A stretch of DNA of 64,000 nucleotides from Antedon mediterranea (Eukaryota > Animalia > Echinodermata), in assembly GCF_964355755.1 (NCBI RefSeq), contig NC_092679.1, positions 18,521,432-18,585,431 on the forward strand. Reading direction: 5' to 3'. The translations under genes and the position numbers were made by a program. Under the pieces are notes generated by a model. It had not been told where the DNA came from and did no database searches. It saw only the letters and a program-made list of their open reading frames with translations. This document shows, in pieces, positions 1 to 11,985 of the stretch (the first letter of the stretch is position 1; every line of letters starts with the position of its first letter).

Positions 1-674
1 GTCAGCCTTGATGAGTATTGTTGGGAGCTATTGTTGCCAACAATATATGAAACATTGAACTCTTTACTTGACGGAATGATTTTAACAGCTTGTATCCCAT
101 TTTTTTTGTTGGAGTAATACCGTGAATCAAACTTAACGTCCTGTTCTTCTGTAACAGCTTTGGCAAACAGCAAACTGATAAACGCCATTAGACACAACAT
201 CATTTCTAAGTTTAATGAATTGGATTCAACTTCTTTGTTCTTTGATAACTTGGTTCGAGTAAACAGATTCCTATATTTTAACTGTATGTATTTCTCCTAA
301 TAATGGTTAAACGAAACTGAATGTCTAGTAAAGTTTGCCAAAGGCAATAAAAACCTACAATTTACTTTGTTTTGCTGCCGTCACGTGTGCTATATTTATA
401 ATTTAAAATATAATTACTTTCTTTTTCTTATGTAAACTTAATATGATTATGTTTGTAACTTCTGAGTATAAAAGTTAAATGCATATTACTGTACAAGCAA
501 TGAAATACACACAATCATAATTGCACTGAATCATGTCACATCAGGAAAAGACATTTCTGTTGCTAACAGCTACCATGAAAAAAAAAAGTTTCAATGCATG
601 TTTGCTTTCTAATACTTTGTACAGTGCTAAAAATTTCCTCAAACTCTGTATTTGTAGTTTGAATAGGTTTTTGT

Positions 675-888
675 ACCAAAGACCAGTCATGGTTCAGTAC
701 ACACCAAATAAACCTGGTTCACACATAAGCACCAGAGACCAGTCATGGTTCAGTACACACCATATAAACTGGTTCACACATAAGCACCAGAGACCAGTCA
801 TGGTTCAGTACATACCATAACCTGGTTCACACATAACTACCAGAGACCGGTCATGGTTCAGTACATACCATTCCTGGTTCACACATAA
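675..888. repeat. Minisatellite, about 55 bp unit x 4, in a TMEM62 intron
   Basis: The unit accagagaccagtcatggttcagtacacaccatataaactggttcacacataagc recurs; gacc(a/g)gtc starts at about 681, 737, 792 and 846. Confidence 0.9.
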
Positions 889-911
889 AGCATTTATATA
901 TTTGTTCTTAC

Positions 912-3900
912 CTCTTCTATTGCGCCAAAGAAATTAAATGGCCTTCCTGGGCCTGGATCTAACAGAGCATCAACTGCCACAAAAGAATATGTACCAAACG
1001 AAAACTTTTTTTCTACTACGAAGGAGCTAACATCACCTTTTTGGCCAGAAATGGAATACTTTCTATGATAAAGAGAAAAAGATAAAAACATACAATAGAA
1101 ACTGGAAAATAGCTGTGATAGCGAAAGAGACATTTCTTTACACTCTGTTCAAAAGCATTTTTAAATTGATTCATAAAATCTATTGATAAATAAATGGAAG
1201 CTTACCTAAAATAGCTACTATCATCATTTTTGGATAAAACATGAAATAAATCTGAAACAAATAAACAATAAAAATATTATTTATATCAATTGAAACTAGC
1301 GACCGTTTCTCTTTAGAAAGGTTCCTCAAACTGTTTAAGCCTGACTGACAGGTTCCCAGACAAACTGAATTAGGCTAGGTAATCTATCATTTTGTGTGAA
1401 ACTATTGCAAACAGACATTTTTATTTTTTAAATAGTCACATATAAAATTTGAGCATCACACCTCTGTCACTCATCTCAATGATATGCAAATTAGCTTAAA
1501 TATGCAAATTAGGGTGAATCTACAGGATTACTATATCTCAAAAACTACTAGTCAGAGAGAAGTACAACATTTGACTCTTGAACCCATTTCTCAATGTTTG
1601 CATACACAATGTGACTAAAATGTCCCTAGAGACTTTGTTTTGCCCTCAAATGATTTAGATACAGGTTTCAAATAGCCAGCGTATGACTGCTTTGTAATTC
1701 CCAAAATCACACCTAATTTTGGTTAAAATAATTTCATCAAAGGAAAAATTAAATAACAATACAAATTTTCCAATTTAATCTCTTCCCGAGGATTAGTTTC
1801 CAGAAATTTATCAAATTGCTATAATTTTTATGTGTTGTTTTCTGTTAAATCAATTGTTTTGAATATAATACTTGCTTCCTTGTTTCCTTTTGAAAATTAT
1901 GAAAAATATTTCCTTATATGGTCATCTACTTTTAGACAACATCAAAATTATTTTTAAAATAAGCATTGAGATAACTACTTATTAATTTATAATTTTAAAT
2001 AGTTTATCAAATTTTAATCTGATTGGTTTAAATTCTGTTCCTTTGTGACTCCCTTCGCAGAATGGCTGTTTTTTACTTAGACCGCATGCACACCAGCAAT
2101 ATCGTTTGTTTGCTTCTAATTTCTTGAAAGCTGGTATTTTCATTGGGATGAATGAAATCTCCTCATCATATGTGACCAGTTAAAAAAAAATCTCTGTTTT
2201 TTGTTTCACTTTGGGCTGTTTTTTTAGATAGATTGCCTAGCCTAAATCCTCTTACCATGGTTTCCTCGGACATCAACCCAATGCGTTCTTTCTGGTATAT
2301 TTGCTAATTTTAATATACTCCAATATGACTTCCATTCTATTTCATATTGTTCAGAGCCAATGTGATCAGGTTTTTTAGCATCTGTTAAATCACCTATATA
2401 AAATATAAAAAACGACTGATAAGTTGAGAACCACACGTCTGTAGAGGTGGAATGACCTGATAGTGTTACATCTATGTCCTACAGTAAGTTATATCATTGG
2501 AAAGGGATGTTACTGTACGCCATGCTATGTTGTTCCCAAGAAAAAAAAAATCACATAGAAAAAGACTCTCTCGGACGTAGGCAATCATGTTCTGCCACAA
2601 TTTTCTGCTTCTCTTCAGGTCCACTCCTTTTTGCATTTTTTTCTGTTAACCACTCAATTACATCCACATTACTCGTCTTCAACCCCTGCTCCCCTTTCCT
2701 TCTATCTTTCCAGTCAATAATAGGTTCTCCAAACCATCTTTCCTGACTATACGACCGAGTAATTACAGTGTAATTAATGTCTGTAAATAAGAGCATAATT
2801 TATTTACCTGTTGCAAGTACTAAAGGAGGATTTATTGCATTCAAGTCCTCATTACAAAACACTTTAAATTCTTCAGTCCTTGACGGATCTTTAAATCTTG
2901 ATAGATGAATGTCTGATATCTGTAAAAGAGAACAAACGTGTGCACTTTTTTTTTACTAAAACACAATGCTAACTTTAGTAATCGGACTACCTAGGTTTCC
3001 TGATAATTGCAAAAGGTTCTCGAAATTTTCAGTTTTTCTCTTGTCTCCCTAGCCTATGAGGCTCTACCATCAGACCCTTTTGTTAACTAAAGGTAAGAGA
3101 GACTCCGCGCAAATTCCACCATTGCCACATCTGGAAATTATCTGGCATTGTTTAACTGTAGATGGCAATACTTGAAATTTGTTGTGTGTCTCTATGGTTT
3201 GATGTTTTTGTAGCACCCTCTCTTGTTTTGCTAAGCTTTAATAAATTCTTCTGATATTTCACATTTCAAAGTTGGGATCTATTAGAGTACTGATAGTAGT
3301 CCTGTAGACAATACAGTAGTGTTTACACAGTATTTGTTTAGTAGTTAAGAACTCTTTAGGATAGAGAGGAACTTCCACCATACAATACACAACACATAAA
3401 ACCTTAAGTTGTTCAATGTTATGCCATAAATAATACATACATGTACAAACCACCATAGATTGTCCATATTTCCACCAGGATAGGGAGCCTTCTGATCATT
3501 TGGATGTCGGATTCCTTCAAATGTCACTGGTTTTGTGTAGAATTCCTTCGCTATTTCCCAGCCCCATGACCAGAGTAATACTAGTAGTAGCACTATGATT
3601 CCTAGTATGCCAAACACACGCAACATAATGCTCCACGTTATTTTTCCACCCTGCCTGCGTAAAAACAAAAGTTTTATTTGTTATTGAGTATCATCCAGCA
3701 AGTGATTTCAGATATGATTTTTTTCACATCAATTTCAATTATACACTTTAGTATAGATTAGAAATTAAATTGTCTCTATTTTTCTGTATTTATATATTGT
3801 TATTGTTTGTTTCTTGTTTGTTTAATGTTTTTTAAAAATTATTCATTTCAGTCTTGACTGACCCAACAATTATATATTTGTTTTAAATATTCAATTTTCA

Positions 3901-5190
3901 GGCACAAACAACAATATAAAATACATGACAATGGTGCGGCAACATTGTTCTTCTAGAGACTGAAACCTTCTTAATTCAATTTTACAGTACCAGAATTTTT
4001 TCATCAGATCTCTAGAAAAAAATAAATAAATTGAAGGTCTGTTTATCCAAATAAGCTAGGCACAAAAGACCTTTGAAGCATAACGGTTTTCCACCAAGCT
4101 TGAAATAATAAATTTGAAAACAAAGAAGATTTCTCAATATCCTGAACTAGGATGTGAAGTGGGTAGTTAAAAGCAAATGCAACAAAAACTTTCTTTTTAA
4201 AATGGTTAGTGACCACAAATAATCTGTGAAATTGATTAATAAGTTATTCATTTTATTCATTCATTCATACATATCATACTATTTTACAGAAGTGGCATAA
4301 ATAATCAATCAGTAAAGAATGGGCTCAATTGATCAGTGTGAATTTCAAATAAATCAATATATATTATAAACTAATAAACAAAAGAAGTTTTGTTTTAATT
4401 TAAGGATAGGAAAAAAAATATATATAAAAAATGTATAGGCTACTATACTGTTTATACAGTAGGCCTATTAGGTAAATATACAATGACAATTTGTATGTTT
4501 AAAGTAAATATGAATAGGCTAGTACAGTATGTGTATATGGACTTTGTTTCTGAAATAAACTGATATTGAAAACACAAATATTGTTTTAAATCAAATGTTT
4601 GTGTTTGTTTTGTGTATTATGCAGGCATACTAATTCAGTAGGCTCGTGAATTATATACTGACAAATTATATTAAGTGCATATTAACATGTGCACTAGTAG
4701 TAGAATTTAACCTGTGTATATTTTTCTTTACAGAAAAAAGTTAAAATTATCACCTAATCTGTATTTCGACATTAAAAATGTACTAAATTATTATTATTAC
4801 AACATAAAATAACCATAAATCCAGCAAAAATACATATTTACATTATAATAGGCTTTGATACACAATCAACAAAACATATTTTTAGGCATACTGACTAAGA
4901 CGGTATCCCTTTACTACACTACTATGGATGGGTACAGTAGTAGAAGAAGAGTGCACTGGCCGAGGCCTAGGCTAGGCCTACTATTTACTAAACTACAAAC
5001 AAAAAGAACGCGCTTCGCTGCTGGTTCAGCAATACAATACAAGTCTCAGTCAGTTTACTTCTTTCTATAGGTAAGAGGGCCTAGGGCCTAGCTTAAATTT
5101 CATTAGAAAAACTATATAAATAATTGTTCTTTACCTGTTATGGTCTATACAAGGTATTATATTCTGATATAACTTGATAAGGCTTTGCAT
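912..5190 (-). CDS. TMEM62: Transmembrane protein 62 (metallophosphoesterase domain), 5' part; gene continues off the left edge
   Basis: Phase-compatible GT-AG exons: 5190-5135, 3654-3441, 2919-2808, 2393-2256, 1251-1206, 1062-912. The spliced protein has an N-terminal hydrophobic segment, then NLWWFVH-ISDIHLSRFKDP...LVLATGDLTDAK...WVDVRGNHD...FGTYSFVAVDALLDPGPGRPFNFFG. This matches the DxH, GD and GNHD motifs and the TMEM62 sequence as I recall it. The true start could be the in-frame ATG in exon 2. Confidence 0.92.
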
Positions 5191-5894
5191 TTACTCGCTA
5201 CAGCTCGGAAAGAAGATTTAAAAAGATTTAAGAGGCCAAGGTTCTCTCACCGCGATGCACAAACACGACTGATTATATGCAAACTAAATATCGGCCTTAT
5301 CTGACCTTTGACCAAAGGTGAAAATACATTACGTAATCAATAACATCGTCATAATTTATGAATTATATTTTAAAAAAACATTCAAAAAAATTATTATTGG
5401 AAATACTTATGAGGCCAATAATGTTTAATTTGAGACATATATTTTGAAAATAATTTAGGAAATAATGTGAGAAAATGGTCGAATAGTCTATGTATGATGC
5501 CTCGGCTATCTATCTCTGTTTTATTAATATTATATTATGATATTAAAAAGTTATCAAGCATTGAACTGCTGTTTATGACGATATAAATGGAAATAAAAAA
5601 AATCTCATTTTTTGTTTGCTTTTACTGTATACTGCAATTGATTGTGATCAACTTGTTAAAAAAAAACTATACCTCCATGTGTGTAAAGAACAAACTTATA
5701 AATAAGGTGTATACAATACAGTCAGTATACAACCTACAAACAACCTGCATTGTACAAACTAGAGAAGAAAGTCCGTAGATAAATGTGATACATTTTAAAC
5801 ATTTATTTAAACAAATTTACCAAGAAAAATTCATAGCCTATATTTTCTCTCTCTGGAAAAATCAGAACCATAATTTAAGCATAGCGCCCTCAAC

Positions 5895-5990
5895 ATATTA
5901 CGTCACTTACTGTGGGGTTGACATACAACAAACCTGTGATCTACACTATTTTGTTTGTGAAGCCAAGGCAACGTAAACGAGGTTACGGTA
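5895..5990 (+). promoter_or_regulatory. Candidate RSPH4 proximal promoter / non-coding first exon with RFX X-box-like and forkhead-like motifs
   Basis: GTTGACATACAAC (5917) and GAAGCCAAGGCAAC (5959) resemble X-box GTTGCCATGGCAAC. GTAAAC lies at 5973. A donor G|GTAGGT follows 5987 and an acceptor TTCAG ends at 6182, just before the ATG. RFX/FOXJ1 control of motile-cilia genes is established; these particular sites are degenerate. Confidence 0.35.
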
Positions 5991-6193
5991 GGTATTGTTA
6001 CAAGATTAGGCATTGTATAGGTTTAGTTTTCTTGTGTTATTGAATATTCATGCAGGAGACGTTTGGGGTAATAGACAATCTGTGTCCTCTACTCCTTAAA
6101 GGCGGTCAAAATAGATAAAAAATATTAGTCTTTCTTGATTTCTTTCACTAAAATTTGGGGTGTGCGTATCGCGTATATTCAGCGCTCAACACG

Positions 6194-9100
6194 ATGTCCA
6201 GTCCTGAAGTTTCGGCTGAAGTTCAGCAGCCTGATGGAGTTGCTACGAATGAACCAAATCCACAAGAGGCAACCGAGGTTGCACCATCACCACCAGCAGC
6301 TGAAATATTAAATAATAAATCTTCAAAACCTACTTCCCCTTCAGTTGCTTCCGCAAGATCTCCGGTACCAAACATGGCATTGAATGTTACACCAAAAGAA
6401 CAGGAATTTACAAATGCGAAATCGTACTTATTGACAGCAAGCACAAATTCAAATATCAATCTGTAAGTTTTTAAAATGAAGATTAGTTTTTATGATGTTT
6501 AGATTAATTAAATGTTTGCTTGTCACTGAATGTTGCCGTACTATAACTGTAAATATATATTTTTTTTTTACAGCTATGATCACCTAAGCAGAGTTCTTAC
6601 AAAAGTACTGGATGAAAGGCCAGTAAATGTTGTCGGTAGGTATCATTCATTATCAATAACTATCAATCAATGCCATAACAAATGTCCGTCCATTATCACC
6701 ATATCACAGATTTTATCAATATCATCATTGTTTAATTAAACTCTGATTTTTGTTTTTCAGATGTATTCGAAGACATAAGCAAAAATGTGAAAAAATCTAA
6801 ATTTTCACCAGATTTTGATACAATTCTAAACAAAGTAGATAAGACCACTGAAGTCGCATTAGCAGAATCACAAAAGAGTTTGTTTGAGGTGAGATTGCTG
6901 GTTACTCTACACATTAGTACAGCTTAACTTGACCCTCACAAATTGATAAATACTGATTCTTAATAAGCTATGATTTCATTCAGATTAGAAATGATTGTTG
7001 TTGTCGCTCAATTTGCTATTTTGAGTAGTGATAAACAAAACAGTAGACCTAACAAATCCTATTATTTTGATAATAAAAGTGTCAAAATTATTGTCATCAA
7101 GAAAATAGGAATCATAACAATTTTTTTTAAAACATTGACGATATTTTTATGATATTATTGTTTTTAATTCAGAGAAATCAGGATGAAGGGGAACACGAAG
7201 GAGGCGGAGAAGATGAAGTTGAAACTCCTCTACCAAATCTGCCAGAACTTATGAACTATTTTGAACAAGGAGGAGTAAGTGTTCTTCCTCATTGTCTTCC
7301 CTCGTACTATTTTATTAATTGTAACAATCGTACAGGGAATATGAAATGCGCCTAGTTTTATTTTATTAGTTTATTTAATTCAATGGCTAATGTTTATTTG
7401 TTACGTTACTGGTATTGATTCATATTGAGCTACAAAACTATAAAAACATTTTTTCAACAGGTTGGAATTAGTCGAGAGGAGACAATACGGATATTCCTTG
7501 CCCTCAAACAACTGGTAGATAACTACCCATTACAAACTTGCCGATTCTGGGGTAAGATACTCGGTACGGAGAAGAACTACATTGTAGCGGAGGTAGAATA
7601 CAGAGAAGGCGAAGAAGAGGAGGAGGAAGAGGAGGTAAGAAATTTTAAACTAAATTGTCATGTTATCTAAATTTAGGATGAAAAATTAGTAAATTCTTCA
7701 ATGCTGATGTCGTTGTCTTTTTTCAGGAACATGATGGAGATGAGGATATGGAAAAAGATGAGGAGGAAGGAGAGGGTGGTAAGTAAAGGGACAAGTTAAT
7801 TAATATATAAAGCTTTGTCTACACTATCAAACTTTATGTGACTAAAAAATGTGATGTGTCCATTTATGGACAGATGATTTCATATCACTACCATATTTAA
7901 ATATATCACTGCCTTTTTTGTCAAACTAGTTTGATAATGTAGACAGAGCTTACCTGGATAAAAAGAATGAGATGGCATTACATAATTAAGCTTGGAGTCT
8001 ACATGAGAGAGCAGCTCTTTAACATGGGAGACCCTTCTCTTTTTTAATGATGTAGTATTTTTCTACAAAATGTTTTTCTTAAGTCTTAAATTCAAACACA
8101 AGGATGATTCCTGGCCATAGTGCTATGTTGTTGTAGTCCGATATCCCTATCTTCTGTATATTTTATGGTCTGTGATAAATTAATTTCTGATGTGGTAACA
8201 ATTGTGATTTGTTTTGCAGAGGAACATGAGGAGGACGACACACCAAAGCCAGATTTCAAACCACCTCCTGTTATCCCGAAGGAAGATAACCACACCGGAG
8301 CTAACAAGAAACTTTTCTTTGTCTGTAATGAACGTAAGTAACAGTCCGAGGCAGATTAGATTATCAAACTGAGAAAAGCTACACAAAGTTTTCTTCTTAA
8401 ATATTAAGTTTTTAATTGAATTTCAGCTGGCAAGGCCTGGACCAAGCTACCCCCTGTCACCCCAGCACAGATTGTCTGTGCAAGACAAATCAAGAAGTTC
8501 TTCACTGGCAGGCTAGATGCACCAGTAAGTATTGGCTTATAAGGTTTTTATTTACTAATGGTGTGTAATACGTTAGTCTATGGCTAAAAAAAATGCTGGT
8601 ATAGACTGTGATGTTCCCTCTCCTTAATTTCTTTCATGTTAATTTGACAGATTATTAGCTATCCACCATTCCCTGGCAATGAAATCAACTACTTAAGGGC
8701 TCAAATTGCAAGGATCTCAGCAGGTACACAGATCAGCCCCCTAGGCTTCTATCAATTTGATGAGGAGGAAGAAGAGGAGGAGGAGGAAGGGGGTAAGTAG
8801 ACTTTCCAAATCTTCCATTTTGGTGTCTTTCCTTTGGTGATACTTTGTCTATACTGTGTGTGACAATAAATGAATTGATCTATTGCTATTGCTCATTAAA
8901 TTGATTTTGTATTTTTTCTCAGCTCGCGACACCTTCATCGAAAATCCAGACTATGAGGGCATTCCAGTTAAAGATCTCGTTGACCCATCATTAGCAAATT
9001 GGGTACATCATGCTCAACACATTCTGCCTCAGGTAACCTTTTTAAACATCTTTGAGAATTGATGACATTTGAAGGTTCAACATGATAATAGGGCTTACGC

Positions 9101-10037
9101 ATAAATGTGACATTGGTCGTCGACTGGATCTAGAGTATAAACTACCAACATCATTAAGAAGAAGCCCAACAACTTCCCTGCATGCATACAATTTAGTGCT
9201 TTCTATTGGTTAACAATGTTGCTAACTTTTTATAAAGAGTGAATTAGTTTTTCAATTTATCCATTGTTCTCCTTTATAGGGTCGATGCTCCTGGTTCAAT
9301 CCAATTCAACCACAGGAAGATGATTTTGAAGATGAGGAAGACGAAGAAGAGCGAGAGGAACCAGATGAACCGGAACCAGAGGTTGGACCACCAGTGCTGA
9401 CTCCAATTTCAGAGGATGTTGGTAGGTGTCTGTTAAGCTCCACTATGTCGTCATATTTTTGTTTTTACTTTATTCCATCAAAAGTGAAGATGAGAACCAT
9501 AAAAAAATTTTAAAAAATTGATATATAAATAATTATTATTAATAATAATAATGTATTAATACTTCTACTTTCAGAAATTGAGAGTACGCCACCATGGACT
9601 GCTCGCTTGTCATCCACTTTGGTACCTCAATATGCAATCGCCATGATGCAGTCAAACCTCTGGCCTGGAGCCTATGCCTTTGGAACGGAAAAGTAAGTTA
9701 GAAATGGCATATATACTAACTTTACAAACAGAAACTTTTTTAAAAGGCCTATTTTGTCACCTAAAAAACTTAAATATCATGCCTAATATTGGTTTTTTCA
9801 ATAACTAGAAAATTTGAAAATGTATACATTGGTAGTGGACACAAGTATTTACCAGACAACTACAGCCCTCCGCCACCACCACCAGTTGAAGAGGAATTCC
9901 CCAGCGGTCCAGAGATCACAGAAGCTGAAGACCCCACACCAGAAGAGGAAGCTGCTCTGCGTGCAGCACAAAGAGAAGCCATGGAGGCGGCCGAAGATTT
10001 AGAAGATGTGGAGGAAGATGACGACGATGATGAATAA
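6194..10037 (+). CDS. RSPH4A: Radial spoke head protein 4/6 homolog (RSPH4A/RSPH6A family), complete CDS, 13 coding exons
   Basis: Exons: 6194-6462, 6574-6635, 6761-6888, 7173-7274, 7461-7634, 7727-7778, 8220-8333, 8427-8524, 8651-8792, 8923-9032, 9280-9421, 9575-9692, 9809-10037, all GT-AG and in phase. Motifs: [85 protein letters not shown], plus Glu-rich tracts. AATAAA at about 10151. Confidence 0.95.
7811..7950. mobile_element. Harbinger/PIF-like MITE, family A (TIR AGCTCTGTCTACACTATCAAAC)
   Basis: agctttgtctacactatcaaac ... gtttgataatgtagacagagct, with internal sequence shared with more than 10 other copies in the window. Confidence 0.8.
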
Positions 10038-10318
10038 ATTAAAAACTTTTGAACTCTATTAATGGAGATATGAATAGTCATTTCATCTTGTATTTATTCT
10101 AGTCTACTTTTAACACTGAAAGATTGATGTAAATTTCAGTTGAAATCAACAATAAAACAATAATAACAATTTTGTGTTTGTTGGTAAGCTGTGTACATAC
10201 AGTCGAACCTGAATAACTATGTAAAAATATAAAATTATTTCTTGTTTCATTTTGGACAGATATATTCAATAAAGTTTCAAGTTGAACTAAATCTTTTGTA
10301 TCATAGTGTATTGTCTAA

Positions 10319-10477
10319 AGGCCAATTTACACAGACGAGTAACAGTATTAAAACCTAGAATCTATGTTATTTCCTATGACCATTTATACACAACGTGGAG
10401 CGGACGATTCTGCTCAGGATAGATACAGATTTTACATGGGACAAGCTATGCGGTTTTCAGTCTGTGTCAATTGGCCT
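10319..10477. mobile_element. Harbinger-like MITE (TIR AGGCCAATT(T/G)ACACAGAC)
   Basis: taa|aggccaatttacacagac ... gtctgtgtcaattggcct|tat. Confidence 0.7.
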
Positions 10478-11424
10478 TATTATTTATAGTCGAGGGATTA
10501 CCACCTATTTGATAGGACAGTGATTAATTTACTATTGGTAATCCTTTGTCATGTGCCTAAATATTTCTGTTGAAGCCGACCAGCCAAAACATAAATTATT
10601 AACTGTGAAATCAGGATAACATGTCTTACTCACTATCCCTAGCCACCAGGTCTCAACATTCTTTCTTGATGTTTAAACTGGAAAAACATACGTTTTGGAC
10701 CAGCCCATAAAACTCTAAAAATATGTAGCATATAAACTACATACCACTAGAACTGAAGACTGAAAAATACACCTGTATGACATACTTTGTTATCACTAAT
10801 GGGCAGGTTATGGCTGGAAAAAAAAACCAAACTGACACCCATGTTAAAATATTGATTTAAAAAACTGAAATATCACATAAATTCCGAGTTAACGAAGTAA
10901 GTAGATTTCAAGAAACATTACTAAGTAAAAGCCACAAGCATGATTCCATCAAAATTGACTGTTATACTACTCACTGGTAAGATATCATTCAATTTCAACA
11001 GCCAAAGATAGTTCTAGAAAGTTAGGTTACAAATATTTAATGATACTAAATCACAAGCGAAAAATACAAACTAAAAAAATGTAGACATAGACACCAAATA
11101 TTAATTTTTTATCAAAACTGGAATTTCTTTTATTACTTAATTTTAATGTATTAACAAAACCTTAGACGGTTACTAGAGTAAAAAGATTATGGGTATTCCT
11201 AAAATCATGATAGATATTAAGACACATTTGTACATATCTTCTTCACTGATATAAAGCCACATTAACGAATGTCATTCAATTTTTTTTTGTAACAGCATTA
11301 CATTTTAAATTGAGAAATGAAAGGTTATTATTAAAGATTATATAATATTTACAATACTATCTCCTAGAGTGACAGCAAATTTGTAATGCGAAAATAGTAT
11401 GCAAGTCAAATTCCACATTGGCAA

Positions 11425-11560
11425 AAGCGGTGTCTACACTTTCAAACTTTATGCGAAAAAAAAAAAAATGTGATGTGCCCATATATGGACATGATGTCAT
11501 ATCACTACCATATTTGGGCACATTAACATTTTTTTCAAACTAAGTTTGATAGCGTAGCTT
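11425..11560. mobile_element. MITE family A copy (right TIR decayed)
   Basis: gtgtctacactttcaaac ... tgtgatgtgcccatatatggacatgatgtcatatcactaccatatttgggca ... gtttgatagcgtag. Confidence 0.75.
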
Positions 11561-11985
11561 ATGTTGATGAATGACCAGCAGTGCTTTTCAAACCCCTTTT
11601 CTCATGTTCTAATGGGCCATTAATTTATAATCTCAATATGTATACCCCACTATTTAATTAAGGTGATTTTAACTCTTCTATTAAAAAAATCACAGTAAAC
11701 GTAAAGACAAATAAAAGCATGTTAGAAATGCATTAGGCATACACTAAAACTATAACCTTTTTGACATCTTTGCCCAAGATTATTTATTTTTGTTTGGAGG
11801 GGTGTGTGAAAAAATCTTAGGTAAATTAATTTTATCAGACATAGTTCTTTTTAAAAAGAAATTGACCAACTATACAACTGGAATAAGGATATAAAATAAA
11901 TAGGTCAAGTGCCCAGTTAAATGTGCCTTCATAGGATGACCAGTACTGCCTGCCTGCTAGACTCGTAGAAAATCATAAGAACACT

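Noticed and set aside
1440-1760. Two perfect octamer motifs (ATGCAAAT) suggesting an snRNA enhancer
   Set aside because: No snRNA is nearby. The surrounding sequence (atatctcaaaaactact) looks like a DNA transposon relic whose ends I could not define.
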